Assembly: GCA_041687695.1 (NCBI GenBank)
Contig: JAWLBL010000008.1
Coordinates: 160,001-224,000, forward strand
Length of the DNA stretch: 64,000 bases
Direction of reading: 5' to 3'
From: Myxococcota bacterium
GTDB taxonomy: Bacteria; Myxococcota_A; UBA9042; PHBI01; JAWLBL01
The position numbers and the translations under genes are program-made. The notes under the pieces are model-generated. The model saw nothing but the letters and a program-made list of their open reading frames with translations. It made no database searches and was not told the origin of the DNA. How positions within the stretch are numbered: position 1 is the first letter of the stretch; the number at the start of each line of letters is the position of its first letter. Positions 9,188 to 19,172 of the stretch are shown here, piece by piece.

Positions 9188-10348
9188 CTACTTGCCGGTC
9201 GGGGGCTTGGCGCCACCCTGCGCCCCGTCCTGGCCCCCCGGGGGCGCCGCGGGCTTGTCGAGGTCGAGCGCCTTGATGGTCGACTCGATGCTCTTCACGC
9301 GCCGGGTCAGCTCCTTGTACTTGGCGTCCTTCTTGGTGAGCCGGCCGGCGTAGCCCTGGCAGTACTTGCGGGCCTCGAGCCACTTGTTCGAGTACTGCGC
9401 GTGCAGCACGCACAGGTTGTACTCGGCCTCGGTCATGCTCGGGTCCAGCTTCAGGACCTGCAGGTAGCCCAGCTCGGCTTCGTCGAACTTCTTGAGGCCG
9501 CGCAGCGCCACCGCGCGCGTCATCACCAGCTTCGGATCGTTCGGCCGCAGCTTCAGCACCTCGTCCAGGCGCTTGAGCGCCGACTCGAAGTCGCCGTAGG
9601 CCAGCTCGAGGGTCGCCAGGTTGATGCGGGCGTCCAGGTTGTCCGGGTCCACCTCGAGCGCCGTCTGGAACGACTTGGTCGCATTCCTCGAGTCGTCCTT
9701 CTTGAGGTAGATGAGGCCGAACATGTTGTGCAGCGCGGCGGCCTTGGGGTTGCGCTCGAGCGCGTTGGTGACGATGAGGCCGGCCTGGTCGACCAGGTTC
9801 TGACGGTAGTAGGCGATCGCCAGGTTCAGGTAGGCGTTGACGTTGTCCGGGTTGCCCAGCAGGACGTTGCGCGCGTGGCGGATGGCGCCCGGCCAGTCCT
9901 TCTTCTCGATGGCCAGCTCGGCCAGGATGTTGCGCGCCTCGGCTTGGAAGCGGTCCTCCTCGACGAGCTTCTCGAGCGCCGCGACGGCCGCCGCCGTCTT
10001 GCCGGCGCGCAGGTCCCGCTCGGCCAGGCGCGCCCGCGCCGCCAGGTACTTCGGGTCGGCCGCCAGGGCGCTCTCGAAGGCCTTGCCGGCCGCCGCCCAG
10101 TCGCCGCGACGCCGCGCGAGCAGGCCCAGGTTGTACCAGGCGTGCGCGTTCTTGGGGTTGGCCTTGGCCGCCTCCTGGAACTTCTTCTCGGCGGCCGCGG
10201 CGTCCTTCGCGAGGCGCGCCGGGTCCTCGACGATGTTCATGGCGTCCTCGAAGGGGGACGCGGCCTGCGCCGGCGCGGCGAAGGAGACGGCGAGGAGGAG
10301 TGCGGCGGCGCGGGCCCCGCGGGGCCACGTCATACGGAAGGCACGCAT
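9188..10348 (-). CDS. gltE: TPR protein GltE (AglT)-like
   Basis: ATG overlaps the upstream stop (TGATG); signal peptide and TPR repeats; synteny. Confidence 0.72.
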   Translation of the reverse strand: MRAFRMTWPRGARAAALLLAVSFAAPAQAASPFEDAMNIVEDPARLAKDAAAAEKKFQEAAKANPKNAHAWYNLGLLARRRGDWAAAGKAFESALAADPKYLAARARLAERDLRAGKTAAAVAALEKLVEEDRFQAEARNILAELAIEKKDWPGAIRHARNVLLGNPDNVNAYLNLAIAYYRQNLVDQAGLIVTNALERNPKAAALHNMFGLIYLKKDDSRNATKSFQTALEVDPDNLDARINLATLELAYGDFESALKRLDEVLKLRPNDPKLVMTRAVALRGLKKFDEAELGYLQVLKLDPSMTEAEYNLCVLHAQYSNKWLEARKYCQGYAGRLTKKDAKYKELTRRVKSIESTIKALDLDKPAAPPGGQDGAQGGAKPPTGK

Positions 10349-13300
10349 CACTGGAGCTCCTGCTTGAAGTTGGGCAGGCCGCTGTTGGGCGCCGTGTGGT
10401 CGGGACGGAGACGGAACTCCTTGATGGAGGCGTCCGTCAGGTCGAGCTGGGCGATGGCCTGCTCGGCGCGCTCGGAGTACTCGTTGAACCAGTGGTGCTC
10501 GCGGGCCACCGCCAGCGCCTGCTTGTAGTTCTCGATGGCCTTGGCGCGGATCTGCTCGGCCTGCTCGGCCATGTAGGTCAGGTACTGCTCCTTGACCTCT
10601 TCGTTGTACATGATGGACCGCGGCACCGGCGTGTTCTCGACGTTGTCGGCCAGATCGCGGAAGGCGAGGCCCAGCTGCGTGTAGGCCGCGATGGTCCAGC
10701 CCGGGTGCCCGTAGCTGATGACCTCGTTGTAGATCTCGCGGCACTCGTTCATCAGCTCGAGCTTCTTCTTCAGGTTGTTCTGGACGTCCTTTTCCTTCTT
10801 GCCCTCGAGCTTGATGAAGCGCGCGCGCCGCAGCACGCCCTCGCCCATCTGGAAGCGGGCCTCGGCCACGGCCGAGACCGCCGGGAGCGTGAGATCCTTG
10901 AGGTCGTCTTCCTTGAGGGTCTTGAAGGTGGCCAGCACCTCGTCGAAGGCCTTGGCGGCGTCCTTGTCCTTGTCGAGCTTGCGGTAGGCCTTGGCGCGCG
11001 CGTTGAGCACCTGCAGCCGCACCGACGCGGGCTCCTTCTTGAAGCGCTTGAGGTGCTCGGCGACGGCCTTGATGACCCAGGTGGGGCGGTCCTGGGTCTG
11101 GCGGATGAGCACGATGTCGAGGTGAACCATCGGCGCGTTCTCGTTGTTCTTGAAGCGGCTCAGGTACAGCTCGAGGTTCTCGACCGCCTTGTCGTACTCA
11201 CCCAGCGTCTTGCGGAAGATCGACGCGAAGCGCAGGGCCTTTTCGGCCTGCGGGTGATCCGCGTGGTTGGCCACGAAGATCTCGTACATGCGCGCGGCCT
11301 CGTCGTAGACGGTGGTCTCGCGGTAGATGTCGCCGATGGCGTACAGCGCCATCGGGGCCAGCTCGTCGCTGCGGTACTCCTCGTACAGCCGCGCCTGGAC
11401 CTGGATGGACTCCTCGACGCGCTTGGCCTTGAAGTAGTTGAGGGCCGCGTTGTACAGCGCCGACGGGGCCTTGGGGGCCTTGGGGTCGTTCTTCTGGTAG
11501 TCCGAGAAGCACTTGGCGGCCGTCAGGTACTTCTCGTCCTTCTCGGGCTTGAAGCAGCTCAGGAAGTTGAACTCGCGCTTGATGCGCTGCGTGTCCTCCT
11601 TGAGCGAGGTCGCCATCAGGGTCGGGTTCTTCTCGAACTCGACCGCCCACTTCTGCAGGTTCTCGACGTCGCGGGCGTGGTTGTACGCGCTGAGCACGTA
11701 GCGGGCGGCGTCCTCGATGAACTCGTGGTCGGGGTGCTTGGCCACGAAGTCGGCGAAGCGCTTGGCGGCCTCGTCGAAGTGGTTGTGGTCGTAGTAGACC
11801 TTGGCGGCCAGATACCGCGCCGGCGGCACGTTGTCGGCGTTCTCGGGGTTCAAGCCCTTGCGCGCGATGACCTCCATCCAGCGGTCGACCGCGTTGGCGA
11901 AGCGCATCGCCGCGGCGTCTATCTCGACCGGCTTGAGGTCGCCCTCGGACTCGCTCTTGAGGTTCTGCTTGACCTTCTTGCCGCCCTGGGCCTTCACCGC
12001 CGACAGCACCGCGAACTCGGCGGCCTGGTCGGTGTACTCGCCGTCGGGCTTCATCTCGATGACCTTCTCGAACTCGCCGGCCGCCTGCTCGAACTTGCCG
12101 GTCAGGTACATCAAGGTCGCGTTGTTCCAGGTGATGATGTAGGCGTTGTCGGCGTCCTTGAAGAGCCGCAGGTACTCGTCGTAGAGCATCTGCGTGGCCT
12201 CGAGGGTCAGCTGCGCCTTCGTGTGCTTGTACTCGTTGTGGTACCCGGTCGCGATCTCGAGGATCATCGCCGCGACGTCCTTTTCCTCCTTGGCGATGAA
12301 GTCCGGCGGCGCCGCGCCGCGGATCTCCTCGAACAGGCGGATGAGCTCGCGGATCTCCTCGACCGTGGCGATCTTGTCGGCCTTGCGGTGGGCGTTGTCG
12401 ACGACCTGCCGCTGGAAGCGGACCACCATGTACTTGACGTCCTTGCCGTCGATGGTGGCCGTCATCGCCTCCTTGATGAGGCTGCGCAGCAGGCGGTTGG
12501 ACTTGTCGTACTCGGTCTCCTCCGTGTAGATGGCGGCGAGCCGGCTCGACATGTCGAGGTACTTGTCGGGCGAGTACTTCTTGAAGAAGGCGATGGCCGC
12601 CGTGGGCTTGCCCACCTTGGCGAAGGGCAGCACGAGATCGTTGAGCGCCTCGGCCCGCAGCTCGATGCCGCTCTTCATGCCCGCGGCCTGCTGCTGCTCG
12701 GCGATCTTGAGGACCTGCAAAAAGCGGTCGAGCGACAGGTCATAGGCGCGCAGGTTGTAGTGGCACCACGCCTGCTTGAAGACCGCGTAGCCGTAGATCG
12801 GCACGTTCGGGTACTGGTTGACGTGCTCGTACAGCGCCAGCGCGTTCGAGAAGTCGTTGAGGTTGAAGTAGTGCTCGCCGACGTTGACCAGCGCGTCGGG
12901 GATGTACTTCGAGGTCGGGTGCTCGCGGATGAGGTCGCTGTAGGCGGCGACGGCCTCTTCGGCCTTGCCCATCTGGTTCAAGTTGTAGCCGAGGTAGTAG
13001 CGCACCTCGTCCAGATCCCTGGACTTGGGGAAGCGCTGGATGACCTCGCGGTACTTCTCGACCGTCAGCTCCTGGTTCTTGGCCTGCTCGTTCAGGTAGC
13101 CCTGCTGCTCGGCCTTGAGCTTGGCCAGCTTCGCGGTCTCGCCCTTGTCCTCGGCGTCGTAGATGGCCTGCTCGAGCTCGTCGGTCTGCGACTTGCGCCC
13201 GAAGATGTCCGACAGGTCCCAGTAGAAGTCGGCCAGGGCCAACAGCTGCTTGGGGTACTCGGGATCATCGACCGGGGTCAGGTTGATGATCATCTTCTGG

Positions 13301-13497
13301 TTGTCGATGTTCGCGAGGATGCCGGCCTCGGTCTGCTCGGCCTTCTCCTTCGACGTCTTGTCGCGCGACTTCGTCTGGATGGTGAACTTCGGCTTGAACA
13401 GCTCGGCCTTGTCGCCGGCCTTGGGCTGCTGCGCCAACGCGGCGGGCGACGCGCCCACGACGATGGCGAGCAGGAGCGTGCAGAGACGTCGGGTCAT
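10348..13497 (-). CDS. gltD: Large TPR protein GltD (AgmU)-like
   Basis: About 1050 aa secreted TPR protein ending WTIAAYTQLG...WFNEYSERA; synteny. Confidence 0.75.
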   Translation of the reverse strand: MTRRLCTLLLAIVVGASPAALAQQPKAGDKAELFKPKFTIQTKSRDKTSKEKAEQTEAGILANIDNQKMIINLTPVDDPEYPKQLLALADFYWDLSDIFGRKSQTDELEQAIYDAEDKGETAKLAKLKAEQQGYLNEQAKNQELTVEKYREVIQRFPKSRDLDEVRYYLGYNLNQMGKAEEAVAAYSDLIREHPTSKYIPDALVNVGEHYFNLNDFSNALALYEHVNQYPNVPIYGYAVFKQAWCHYNLRAYDLSLDRFLQVLKIAEQQQAAGMKSGIELRAEALNDLVLPFAKVGKPTAAIAFFKKYSPDKYLDMSSRLAAIYTEETEYDKSNRLLRSLIKEAMTATIDGKDVKYMVVRFQRQVVDNAHRKADKIATVEEIRELIRLFEEIRGAAPPDFIAKEEKDVAAMILEIATGYHNEYKHTKAQLTLEATQMLYDEYLRLFKDADNAYIITWNNATLMYLTGKFEQAAGEFEKVIEMKPDGEYTDQAAEFAVLSAVKAQGGKKVKQNLKSESEGDLKPVEIDAAAMRFANAVDRWMEVIARKGLNPENADNVPPARYLAAKVYYDHNHFDEAAKRFADFVAKHPDHEFIEDAARYVLSAYNHARDVENLQKWAVEFEKNPTLMATSLKEDTQRIKREFNFLSCFKPEKDEKYLTAAKCFSDYQKNDPKAPKAPSALYNAALNYFKAKRVEESIQVQARLYEEYRSDELAPMALYAIGDIYRETTVYDEAARMYEIFVANHADHPQAEKALRFASIFRKTLGEYDKAVENLELYLSRFKNNENAPMVHLDIVLIRQTQDRPTWVIKAVAEHLKRFKKEPASVRLQVLNARAKAYRKLDKDKDAAKAFDEVLATFKTLKEDDLKDLTLPAVSAVAEARFQMGEGVLRRARFIKLEGKKEKDVQNNLKKKLELMNECREIYNEVISYGHPGWTIAAYTQLGLAFRDLADNVENTPVPRSIMYNEEVKEQYLTYMAEQAEQIRAKAIENYKQALAVAREHHWFNEYSERAEQAIAQLDLTDASIKEFRLRPDHTAPNSGLPNFKQELQ

Positions 13498-13567
13498 TAC
13501 CGGGCTCCTTGCCAGGCAGGAGGGTCGAACGGTGTAACGGGCGCGCATCGGTCCGGTAACACCCGGC

Positions 13568-15229
13568 TCAGTTGCCGGCGGCCGCGGCGGGGGCGCCGGA
13601 CACCGGGCACTGCGACGAGATGTCGTAGATGTAGGCGCCGAGCTCGTCCTTCCAGTACTCGCCCGTGAACGGCCACTCGAAGTGCTCGTCGTCGACCACG
13701 ATGGGGTGCTTGACCTTGGCGGCGGCCTGCTGCTCGAGCTTGACGCTGTTGGCGAGGGCCCCGCGCTGCGCCTTGATCGTCTCCTGGGTGATCTTCAGCG
13801 CGCCGGCGAGGTGCCCCTTGAGGTCCTTGAGCACGCGCTCGAGGCGGGCCTGGGCGAGGCTGCCGGCCTCGCCGACCACGAGGCTGCGGTAGGCGGTCAG
13901 CTCGCCGGTCAGCTCGTCGAGGATGGCCTTGGCCTTGGGGTTGCGCGCCTGCAGCTGCTCGATGCGCTTGAGCTCGCCGTTGATGACGGTGACGAACTGG
14001 AACTTGCGGCGCAGCTTCCGGTCGGCCAGGGCCGCGTTGAAGATGCGCTTGAAGCGGGTCGAGAACTCGGTGTTCTCGGTCTTCGACAGGCGGGCGAGCC
14101 AGTAATAGAAGGCGTTGGGGTCGGCGAACTGGTTGATCTCGCTCGAGAGCTCGTTCATCAGCGGGTAGTAGTCCGCGATGAACTCCTTCACGACCGCCTG
14201 CGCCTCGTCGTACTTGCAGTTGTAGAAGAGGATGAGCGCCTGCAGCACGCGCGACTCGGGGAAGTACTGGTCGGCGAAGTAGGGGCTGTTGAGCGTGTGC
14301 AGGTTGCCCAGGGCGCGCGGGTAGTTCTGCAGCTGGTAGTAGGCCCAGCTGACCTCGAAGATCGACGGCAGCCACTGGTCGGAGCCGCTGGCGATCTGGT
14401 CGTAGTACTTCACGGCCTGGTCGTACTGACGGGTCGAGAAGAACAGGCGGCCGAGCGCGACGTGCGACATCGTCACGATCTTGCGGACGGCGGCGTTGCC
14501 CCCGTTGTCGCGGTCGTAGCGCAGGACCTCCTTGAAGGCCTCGGCGCCCGCCTTGAGGCGCTCGATGTCGGGCTCGACGTCGCCGTTGCTGGTCGCGGCG
14601 GTGTCCAGGCGCGACTGCATGACGTTGATGACGCCCTCGAAGTACTTGGCGCGGACGAACAGCTCGCCGTGCAGCTCGCCGACCTTCTGGAAGCGGGCGA
14701 GCGCGTCCTCGAGCAGCGACTGGTTGAAGTGGTACTGGCCGACGAGGAAGTTCAGCTCGTCCGCGAAGTCGGGCGGGTACAGCGCCGCGTCGTACTCGGC
14801 GATGAGGTACAGGACCGAGTCCTCGGGGCCGATCTGCCGGCTGATGAACAGCAGGTAGGGCAGGGACTTCTGGAACTTGGTGTGGGTGTCCTTGGCGTCG
14901 ACGATCGGCTCGAAGCGCTTGAGCGCCGACTGGTACAGGCCGGACTCGTACAGCGCGACGGCGAGGCCGAACTGGGCCTCCTGGACCACCGGCGCCGAGG
15001 GATCGCCGTTGGCGACGACGTCGCTGAACCTTAGCGCCGCCTCGAGGTGGTTGCCCTGGCCGGCGAGGGTCGTGCCCTCGGTGACCAGCTTCTGCAGGAC
15101 TTCGGGGCTGACGACGAGATCGGCCTCGAACTCGAGCGGCTCCTCGGCGAAGGCCGGCGTCGCCATCGGGGCGGGCGCCAGCAGCGCGAGCGTCAGGAGG
15201 AGGGCGGGGCGGCGGAACTGCAGCATCAT
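13568..15229 (-). CDS. gltC: TPR protein GltC-like
   Basis: Signal peptide, TPRs, ALGNLHTLNSPYF and C-terminal WPFTGEYWKDELG...C motif typical of GltC. Confidence 0.78.
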   Translation of the reverse strand: MMLQFRRPALLLTLALLAPAPMATPAFAEEPLEFEADLVVSPEVLQKLVTEGTTLAGQGNHLEAALRFSDVVANGDPSAPVVQEAQFGLAVALYESGLYQSALKRFEPIVDAKDTHTKFQKSLPYLLFISRQIGPEDSVLYLIAEYDAALYPPDFADELNFLVGQYHFNQSLLEDALARFQKVGELHGELFVRAKYFEGVINVMQSRLDTAATSNGDVEPDIERLKAGAEAFKEVLRYDRDNGGNAAVRKIVTMSHVALGRLFFSTRQYDQAVKYYDQIASGSDQWLPSIFEVSWAYYQLQNYPRALGNLHTLNSPYFADQYFPESRVLQALILFYNCKYDEAQAVVKEFIADYYPLMNELSSEINQFADPNAFYYWLARLSKTENTEFSTRFKRIFNAALADRKLRRKFQFVTVINGELKRIEQLQARNPKAKAILDELTGELTAYRSLVVGEAGSLAQARLERVLKDLKGHLAGALKITQETIKAQRGALANSVKLEQQAAAKVKHPIVVDDEHFEWPFTGEYWKDELGAYIYDISSQCPVSGAPAAAAGN

Positions 15230-15280
15230 CGGGCTCCAAGCGTCGATCCACGGGCACCAAAACCAGTGGAACGTCAGTGG

Positions 15281-15310
15281 GTTATAGCTGTCGCCCGGTG
15301 GGGGGGTCAA
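15281..15310 (-). promoter_or_regulatory. sigma70-type promoter for the gltCDE operon
   Basis: TTGACC-N18-TATAAC on the minus strand, about 50 nt upstream of the ATG. Confidence 0.6.
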
Positions 15311-15592
15311 GGCGACCCCGAGCGCCTCGGCGGGCCCGTCCGCCGCCGCCGCGCTCACCGCGCAGGCGCGCCCCGCGAGCCCTCCCCCGAGGGCGTCCGA
15401 GAGCGCACGTCGTCGACGCCGGATGATGCACCAAGGCAAGCGCGGAACCAAGCTTGGCTGCGCATCGCGGCGCCGATCGGGGGACATCCCGCGGTGCACG
15501 CGAGGACGCGTCGCGGCGCGTGACCCGGGGGCGCCGTTCCGCTATCGTCCCGAGCCTCGGATGAGGGCGCTGCCAGGGCGTTGGAGGGGCGG

Positions 15593-16456
15593 ATGCGTAA
15601 GTGGTTGTTAGCGGTCGTCATCATGGGCCTGCCGGCCTGCGACGACGGCGGGGCGGGGGCCGAGACCCCGCGGCACGACGACGCCTCCACCCACGCCGAC
15701 GCGCAGCCCGACGCCGACCCGGACGGCGCCACGGGCCCCGACACGGCCGCTCCGACCGCCTCGGCCGCGGGGACGATCGTCGACGTCGACGGGCAGCCGC
15801 TGCCCGGCGCCAAGGTGCTGGCCTGCACGCCGCTGACCTGCTTCACGACCGAGGCCGGGCAGGACGGCACCTTCGTCGCCGAGGGCCTGCCGGTCATGGC
15901 CCACAAGATGCAAGTGGTCGGCGAGTCGCTGGGCCTCGCGACGGCGCTGTACTACCAGGAGGTCGTAGCCGGTCAGGTCGTGACGGCCCCGCGGCCGATC
16001 GTGCTGTCGCCGCTCGACGCCGACGCGCAGCCGTGGACCACGGCCGACGGCGGCACGGTGACCCTGGCCGGCGGTCGCCTCCGCCTCGGCGCCGCGGCGG
16101 GCGTCGTCAAGTACCCGCTCGGCCACTTCGACCAGCAGGTCCGCGGGGCCCAGGTCGCGGCCGAGGATCTGCCCCCGCTGGACGTCGAGCCCTGGATCGG
16201 CAAGGAGGCCGGCACGCTGGCCTTCACGGTCAGCCCCGAGCCGGTCGTCGCGAAGGCCGGAGCCTTCGAGGTTCAGGTCTTGGACGTGTCTGCGACCGAG
16301 GTCGGCGCCACCTACCGGGTCTATGGCGTCGCGTCGGAGACGGCCGAGCTGGAGGAGCTGGGACGGGCCGAGGTCGGCGCCGACGGCACCCTGTCGCTGA
16401 CCCAGGGCGAGATCACCTGGCTGACCACCCTCATCTTCGTGCCCGACGCCCCGTGA
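15593..16456 (+). CDS. Lipoprotein with carboxypeptidase-regulatory-like domain
   Basis: GGAGGG RBS; lipobox LPAC; GTIVDVDGQPLPGAKV motif. Confidence 0.7.
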   Translation: MRKWLLAVVIMGLPACDDGGAGAETPRHDDASTHADAQPDADPDGATGPDTAAPTASAAGTIVDVDGQPLPGAKVLACTPLTCFTTEAGQDGTFVAEGLPVMAHKMQVVGESLGLATALYYQEVVAGQVVTAPRPIVLSPLDADAQPWTTADGGTVTLAGGRLRLGAAAGVVKYPLGHFDQQVRGAQVAAEDLPPLDVEPWIGKEAGTLAFTVSPEPVVAKAGAFEVQVLDVSATEVGATYRVYGVASETAELEELGRAEVGADGTLSLTQGEITWLTTLIFVPDAP

Positions 16457-16503
16457 AGGACGTCAACCCTGCCCAACCCTGCGAAATCGCGCCGAGGGCC
16501 TGG

Positions 16504-16532
16504 TTGACACCGCCCCGGCGGCCCCACACAAT
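16504..16532 (+). promoter_or_regulatory. sigma70-type promoter for the gltK-like gene
   Basis: TTGACA-N17-CACAAT. Confidence 0.65.
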
Positions 16533-16590
16533 CCGTCGTCGACAGCTCGCAACCCGGCCCGTCGACGGCCCGAAGGAAGGACCCTCGTTC

Positions 16591-16959
16591 ATGCAAACGC
16601 GCTGCAGCACTCTCGTGGTCGCTTCGACGCTGCTCGTGATGGCGCTCGCCTTCGGCGCCTGTGACGAGGACCCGGACTTCATGCACTGCCCGCTGTCCAA
16701 CTCCATCATCGAGGTGTGCGAGCAGCAGGCGGGCGGCGCGGCCGTCTTCACCTGCGTCGTCGAGCAGCACCCGTTCTGCGTCGACGCCATCTGCGCCAGC
16801 TGGGAGGGCAGCGACCCGTTCTGCACGCGCGCCTGCGCCACGGACACGGACTGCCCCAGCGCGTCGACCTGCCGCGAGTACCTCGAGCTGCGCTTCTGCG
16901 TGCCGAGCTCGGCCCTGCCGGTCGAGCCGGCGGAAGAGGAGCCGCCCGTCGGGTCGTGA
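16591..16959 (+). CDS. Cys-rich lipoprotein, GltK/CglC-like
   Basis: Lipobox FGAC; Cys pattern CVDAIC...FCTRAC...C...TCR...RFC recalls CglC/GltK; next to the glt cluster. Confidence 0.6.
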   Translation: MQTRCSTLVVASTLLVMALAFGACDEDPDFMHCPLSNSIIEVCEQQAGGAAVFTCVVEQHPFCVDAICASWEGSDPFCTRACATDTDCPSASTCREYLELRFCVPSSALPVEPAEEEPPVGS

Positions 16960-17143
16960 CGCGGGTCGGGCCGCGGCCTCGCCTCACGTGACTCAGGCTG
17001 CGCCTTCGCCTCGCGCGGGTCGGGCCGCGGCCTCGCCTCACGTGACTCAGGCTGCGCCTTCGCCTCACGCGACTCAGGCTGCGCCTTCGCCTCACGCGAC
17101 TCAGGCTGCGGCCTCGCCTCCCGGGGCTCAGGCCGCGGTTTCG
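16959..17143. repeat. 27-bp tandem repeat, 6 copies plus a partial one (A-B-A-B-B-B)
   Basis: Units ACGCGGGTCGGGCCGCGGCCTCGCCTC and ACG(T/C)GACTCAGGCTGCGCCTTCGCCTC between convergent genes. Confidence 0.9.
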
Positions 17144-17505
17144 AACGCGTTGCGGTACCAGCGCACGTCCCAGCGGAACCAGCCGAGCCGCGTGACGCCC
17201 ACCACGTCGAAGCGGACGGCCGCGGGCTTCCAGCGGCTCTGGGCGAGCCAGCGCTGGGCGAGGCGCGCCAGGCGTCGCTGCTTGTCGGGGCCGACCGTCT
17301 GCTCAGGCCCGCCCGCGAAGGGGCGCGCGCCCGCGGTGCGGACCTCGACCACGACCAGCACGTCGCCGTCGCGGGCCAGCAGATCCAGCTCGCCGGCCGC
17401 GCAGGTCCAGTTGCGCGCGATGATGCGCAGGCCCTGACGCCTGAGGAAGCGGGCGGCGCGGGCCTCGCCGCGGCGGCCCAGGGCGCGGCGGCGGTCGGCG
17501 CTCAC
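17128..17505 (-). CDS. yraN: YraN family protein (UPF0102)
   Basis: GRRGEARAA...IIARNW...GELDL...VEVRT...RFDVV; GTG overlaps the rnhB stop. Confidence 0.88.
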   Translation of the reverse strand: MSADRRRALGRRGEARAARFLRRQGLRIIARNWTCAAGELDLLARDGDVLVVVEVRTAGARPFAGGPEQTVGPDKQRRLARLAQRWLAQSRWKPAAVRFDVVGVTRLGWFRWDVRWYRNAFETAA

Positions 17506-18188
17506 GTCGGGGCGGGCTCGGGCCGGGCGGCGGGCGTCGGCCACTTGAACGAGCGCCGGTGGATGGGGCAGGGCCCCAGCCGCGCCAGCGCCTCGATGTG
17601 CTGCGGCGTCGGATAGCCCTTGTGGCTGTCGAAGCCGTAGCCCGGCCAGCGCCGGTGATAACCCAGCATCAGGCGATCGCGGGTGACCTTGGCCAGGATG
17701 GACGCCGCCGCGATGTTCATCGACCGCGCGTCGCCCTGCACCAGGGGGCGCTGCTCGACCCGAGAGGGGAGCGGCGCGCGCTGGTTGCCGTCGACGAGGA
17801 CCAGGGCGTCCTTCAGCTCGGGCCGGCCTCGGGTGGCCTTGCGCCAGGCGTTGGCCATGGCGCTCAGGGAGGCTTGGAGGATGTTGATCCGGTCGATCTC
17901 CTCGGCCGGCTCGTCGGCGATGCCGTAGGCCAGGGCGTGTCGCTGGATCTCAGCGAACAGCGCCTCGCGCACCTCGGCCTTGAGGCGCTTGGAGTCGTCC
18001 AGGCCCTCGATCGGGCAGGGCCAGGGCAGGGCGACGGCGGCGGCTACGACGGGGCCGGCCAGCGGACCGCGGCCAGCCTCGTCGAGGCCTACGAGGGCAC
18101 CATACCCGGCGTCGAGCGCCCAGCGTTCGACCTCTCCGCACCGGGGCCCGTGATCGAGCCCGAGATCGGAGAGGAGATCGCCGGCCAC
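17502..18188 (-). CDS. rnhB: Ribonuclease HII
   Basis: GLDEAGRGPLAGPVVAAA, DSKRL, IAAASILAKVTRD, HKGYPT, IHRRSF. Confidence 0.95.
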   Translation of the reverse strand: MAGDLLSDLGLDHGPRCGEVERWALDAGYGALVGLDEAGRGPLAGPVVAAAVALPWPCPIEGLDDSKRLKAEVREALFAEIQRHALAYGIADEPAEEIDRINILQASLSAMANAWRKATRGRPELKDALVLVDGNQRAPLPSRVEQRPLVQGDARSMNIAAASILAKVTRDRLMLGYHRRWPGYGFDSHKGYPTPQHIEALARLGPCPIHRRSFKWPTPAARPEPAPT

Positions 18189-18192
18189 GGCG

Positions 18193-18573
18193 CTACGAGG
18201 CGGAGACCGCGGCGCCGCGCACGTCGCGCAGGGCCTTGATGCGGGCGGCCTTGCCGCGGCGCGTGCGCAGGTAGAAGAGCTTGCCACGGCGGACGCGGCC
18301 GCGCTCCTTGACCTCGATCTGCTCGAGGCGGGGGCTGTGGAGCGGGAAGACGCGCTCGACGCCGACGTTGTACGAGACCTTGCGGACCGTGAACGAGGAG
18401 CGCAGGCCGTCGTTGTGGCGGGCGATGCAGACGCCCTCGTAGACCTGAACGCGCTCCTTCTCGCCCTCGCGGATGCGGACGTGCACGCGCAGGGTGTCGC
18501 CCGGGCGGAAGTCCGGGAGATCCTGGCGCATGTTGAGCTGGTCGAGCTGGGCGATGATGTTGGGGCCGCTCAT
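18193..18573 (-). CDS. rplS: 50S ribosomal protein L19
   Basis: PDFRPGDT...[12 protein letters not shown]...[10 protein letters not shown]. Confidence 0.97.
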   Translation of the reverse strand: MSGPNIIAQLDQLNMRQDLPDFRPGDTLRVHVRIREGEKERVQVYEGVCIARHNDGLRSSFTVRKVSYNVGVERVFPLHSPRLEQIEVKERGRVRRGKLFYLRTRRGKAARIKALRDVRGAAVSAS

Positions 18574-18592
18574 GGGAACCTCGAACCTCGTG

Positions 18593-19159
18593 TCACCGGT
18601 CGCCCAGCAGCCGATCGAGGACGATCGAGACCGCGGAGCGCACCGACAGGTGATTGTAGCTGTCTCTCCCGGGCACCGCGCGCAGGCCGGGGAGGCGGAG
18701 GTCGCAGCGTGCGACCAGGGAGTCTGTGATGCCCCATCCCGTCCCGAACAGGATGAGGGCGGCGCCGTCTTCGTCGATGAGCCGCGCCCGGAGCGCGTCG
18801 TAGCTGATGGTGTCGTCCTTGAACGCGGCGCCGGTCACCACCGTCAGCGGCCGGTGGCCGGTCTGGGCGGAGATGGCCTCGAGGGCGTGGTCGACGTCGG
18901 GGGCGACGCGGACGCGCTCGAAGGCGCGCGCTCGGACGGGGTTGAAGGCCTTGCCTTCGCCCTCTTGCCAGTGGGACACGATGCGCTCGACGAGCGAGCG
19001 TTGCTGCGCGATCGGCGTCACCACGAAGTAGCCCCGGACGTCGTAGGTCCGGGCGGTCCGGGCGAGATCATGGATGTCAAGGTTGGTGACCGCGGTGGCC
19101 ACCGTCTCACCCGCCCGGTTACGGACCGGGTGATGAATGAGGGCGATATAGATATCCAT
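18593..19159 (-). CDS. SPOUT-family RNA methyltransferase (DUF2168-like)
   Basis: YIALIHHPV...[13 protein letters not shown]...FGTGWG...YNHLSVRSA...LDRLLG; follows trmD. Confidence 0.85.
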   Translation of the reverse strand: MDIYIALIHHPVRNRAGETVATAVTNLDIHDLARTARTYDVRGYFVVTPIAQQRSLVERIVSHWQEGEGKAFNPVRARAFERVRVAPDVDHALEAISAQTGHRPLTVVTGAAFKDDTISYDALRARLIDEDGAALILFGTGWGITDSLVARCDLRLPGLRAVPGRDSYNHLSVRSAVSIVLDRLLGDR

Positions 19160-19172
19160 TCGCGCCCCGGGA

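Noticed and set aside
10300..13668. Long antisense and alternative-frame ORFs (also 22615..25167, 56926..60315, 57182..59470 and others)
   Set aside because: Shadow ORFs of real genes caused by extreme GC3 bias; no recognisable motifs
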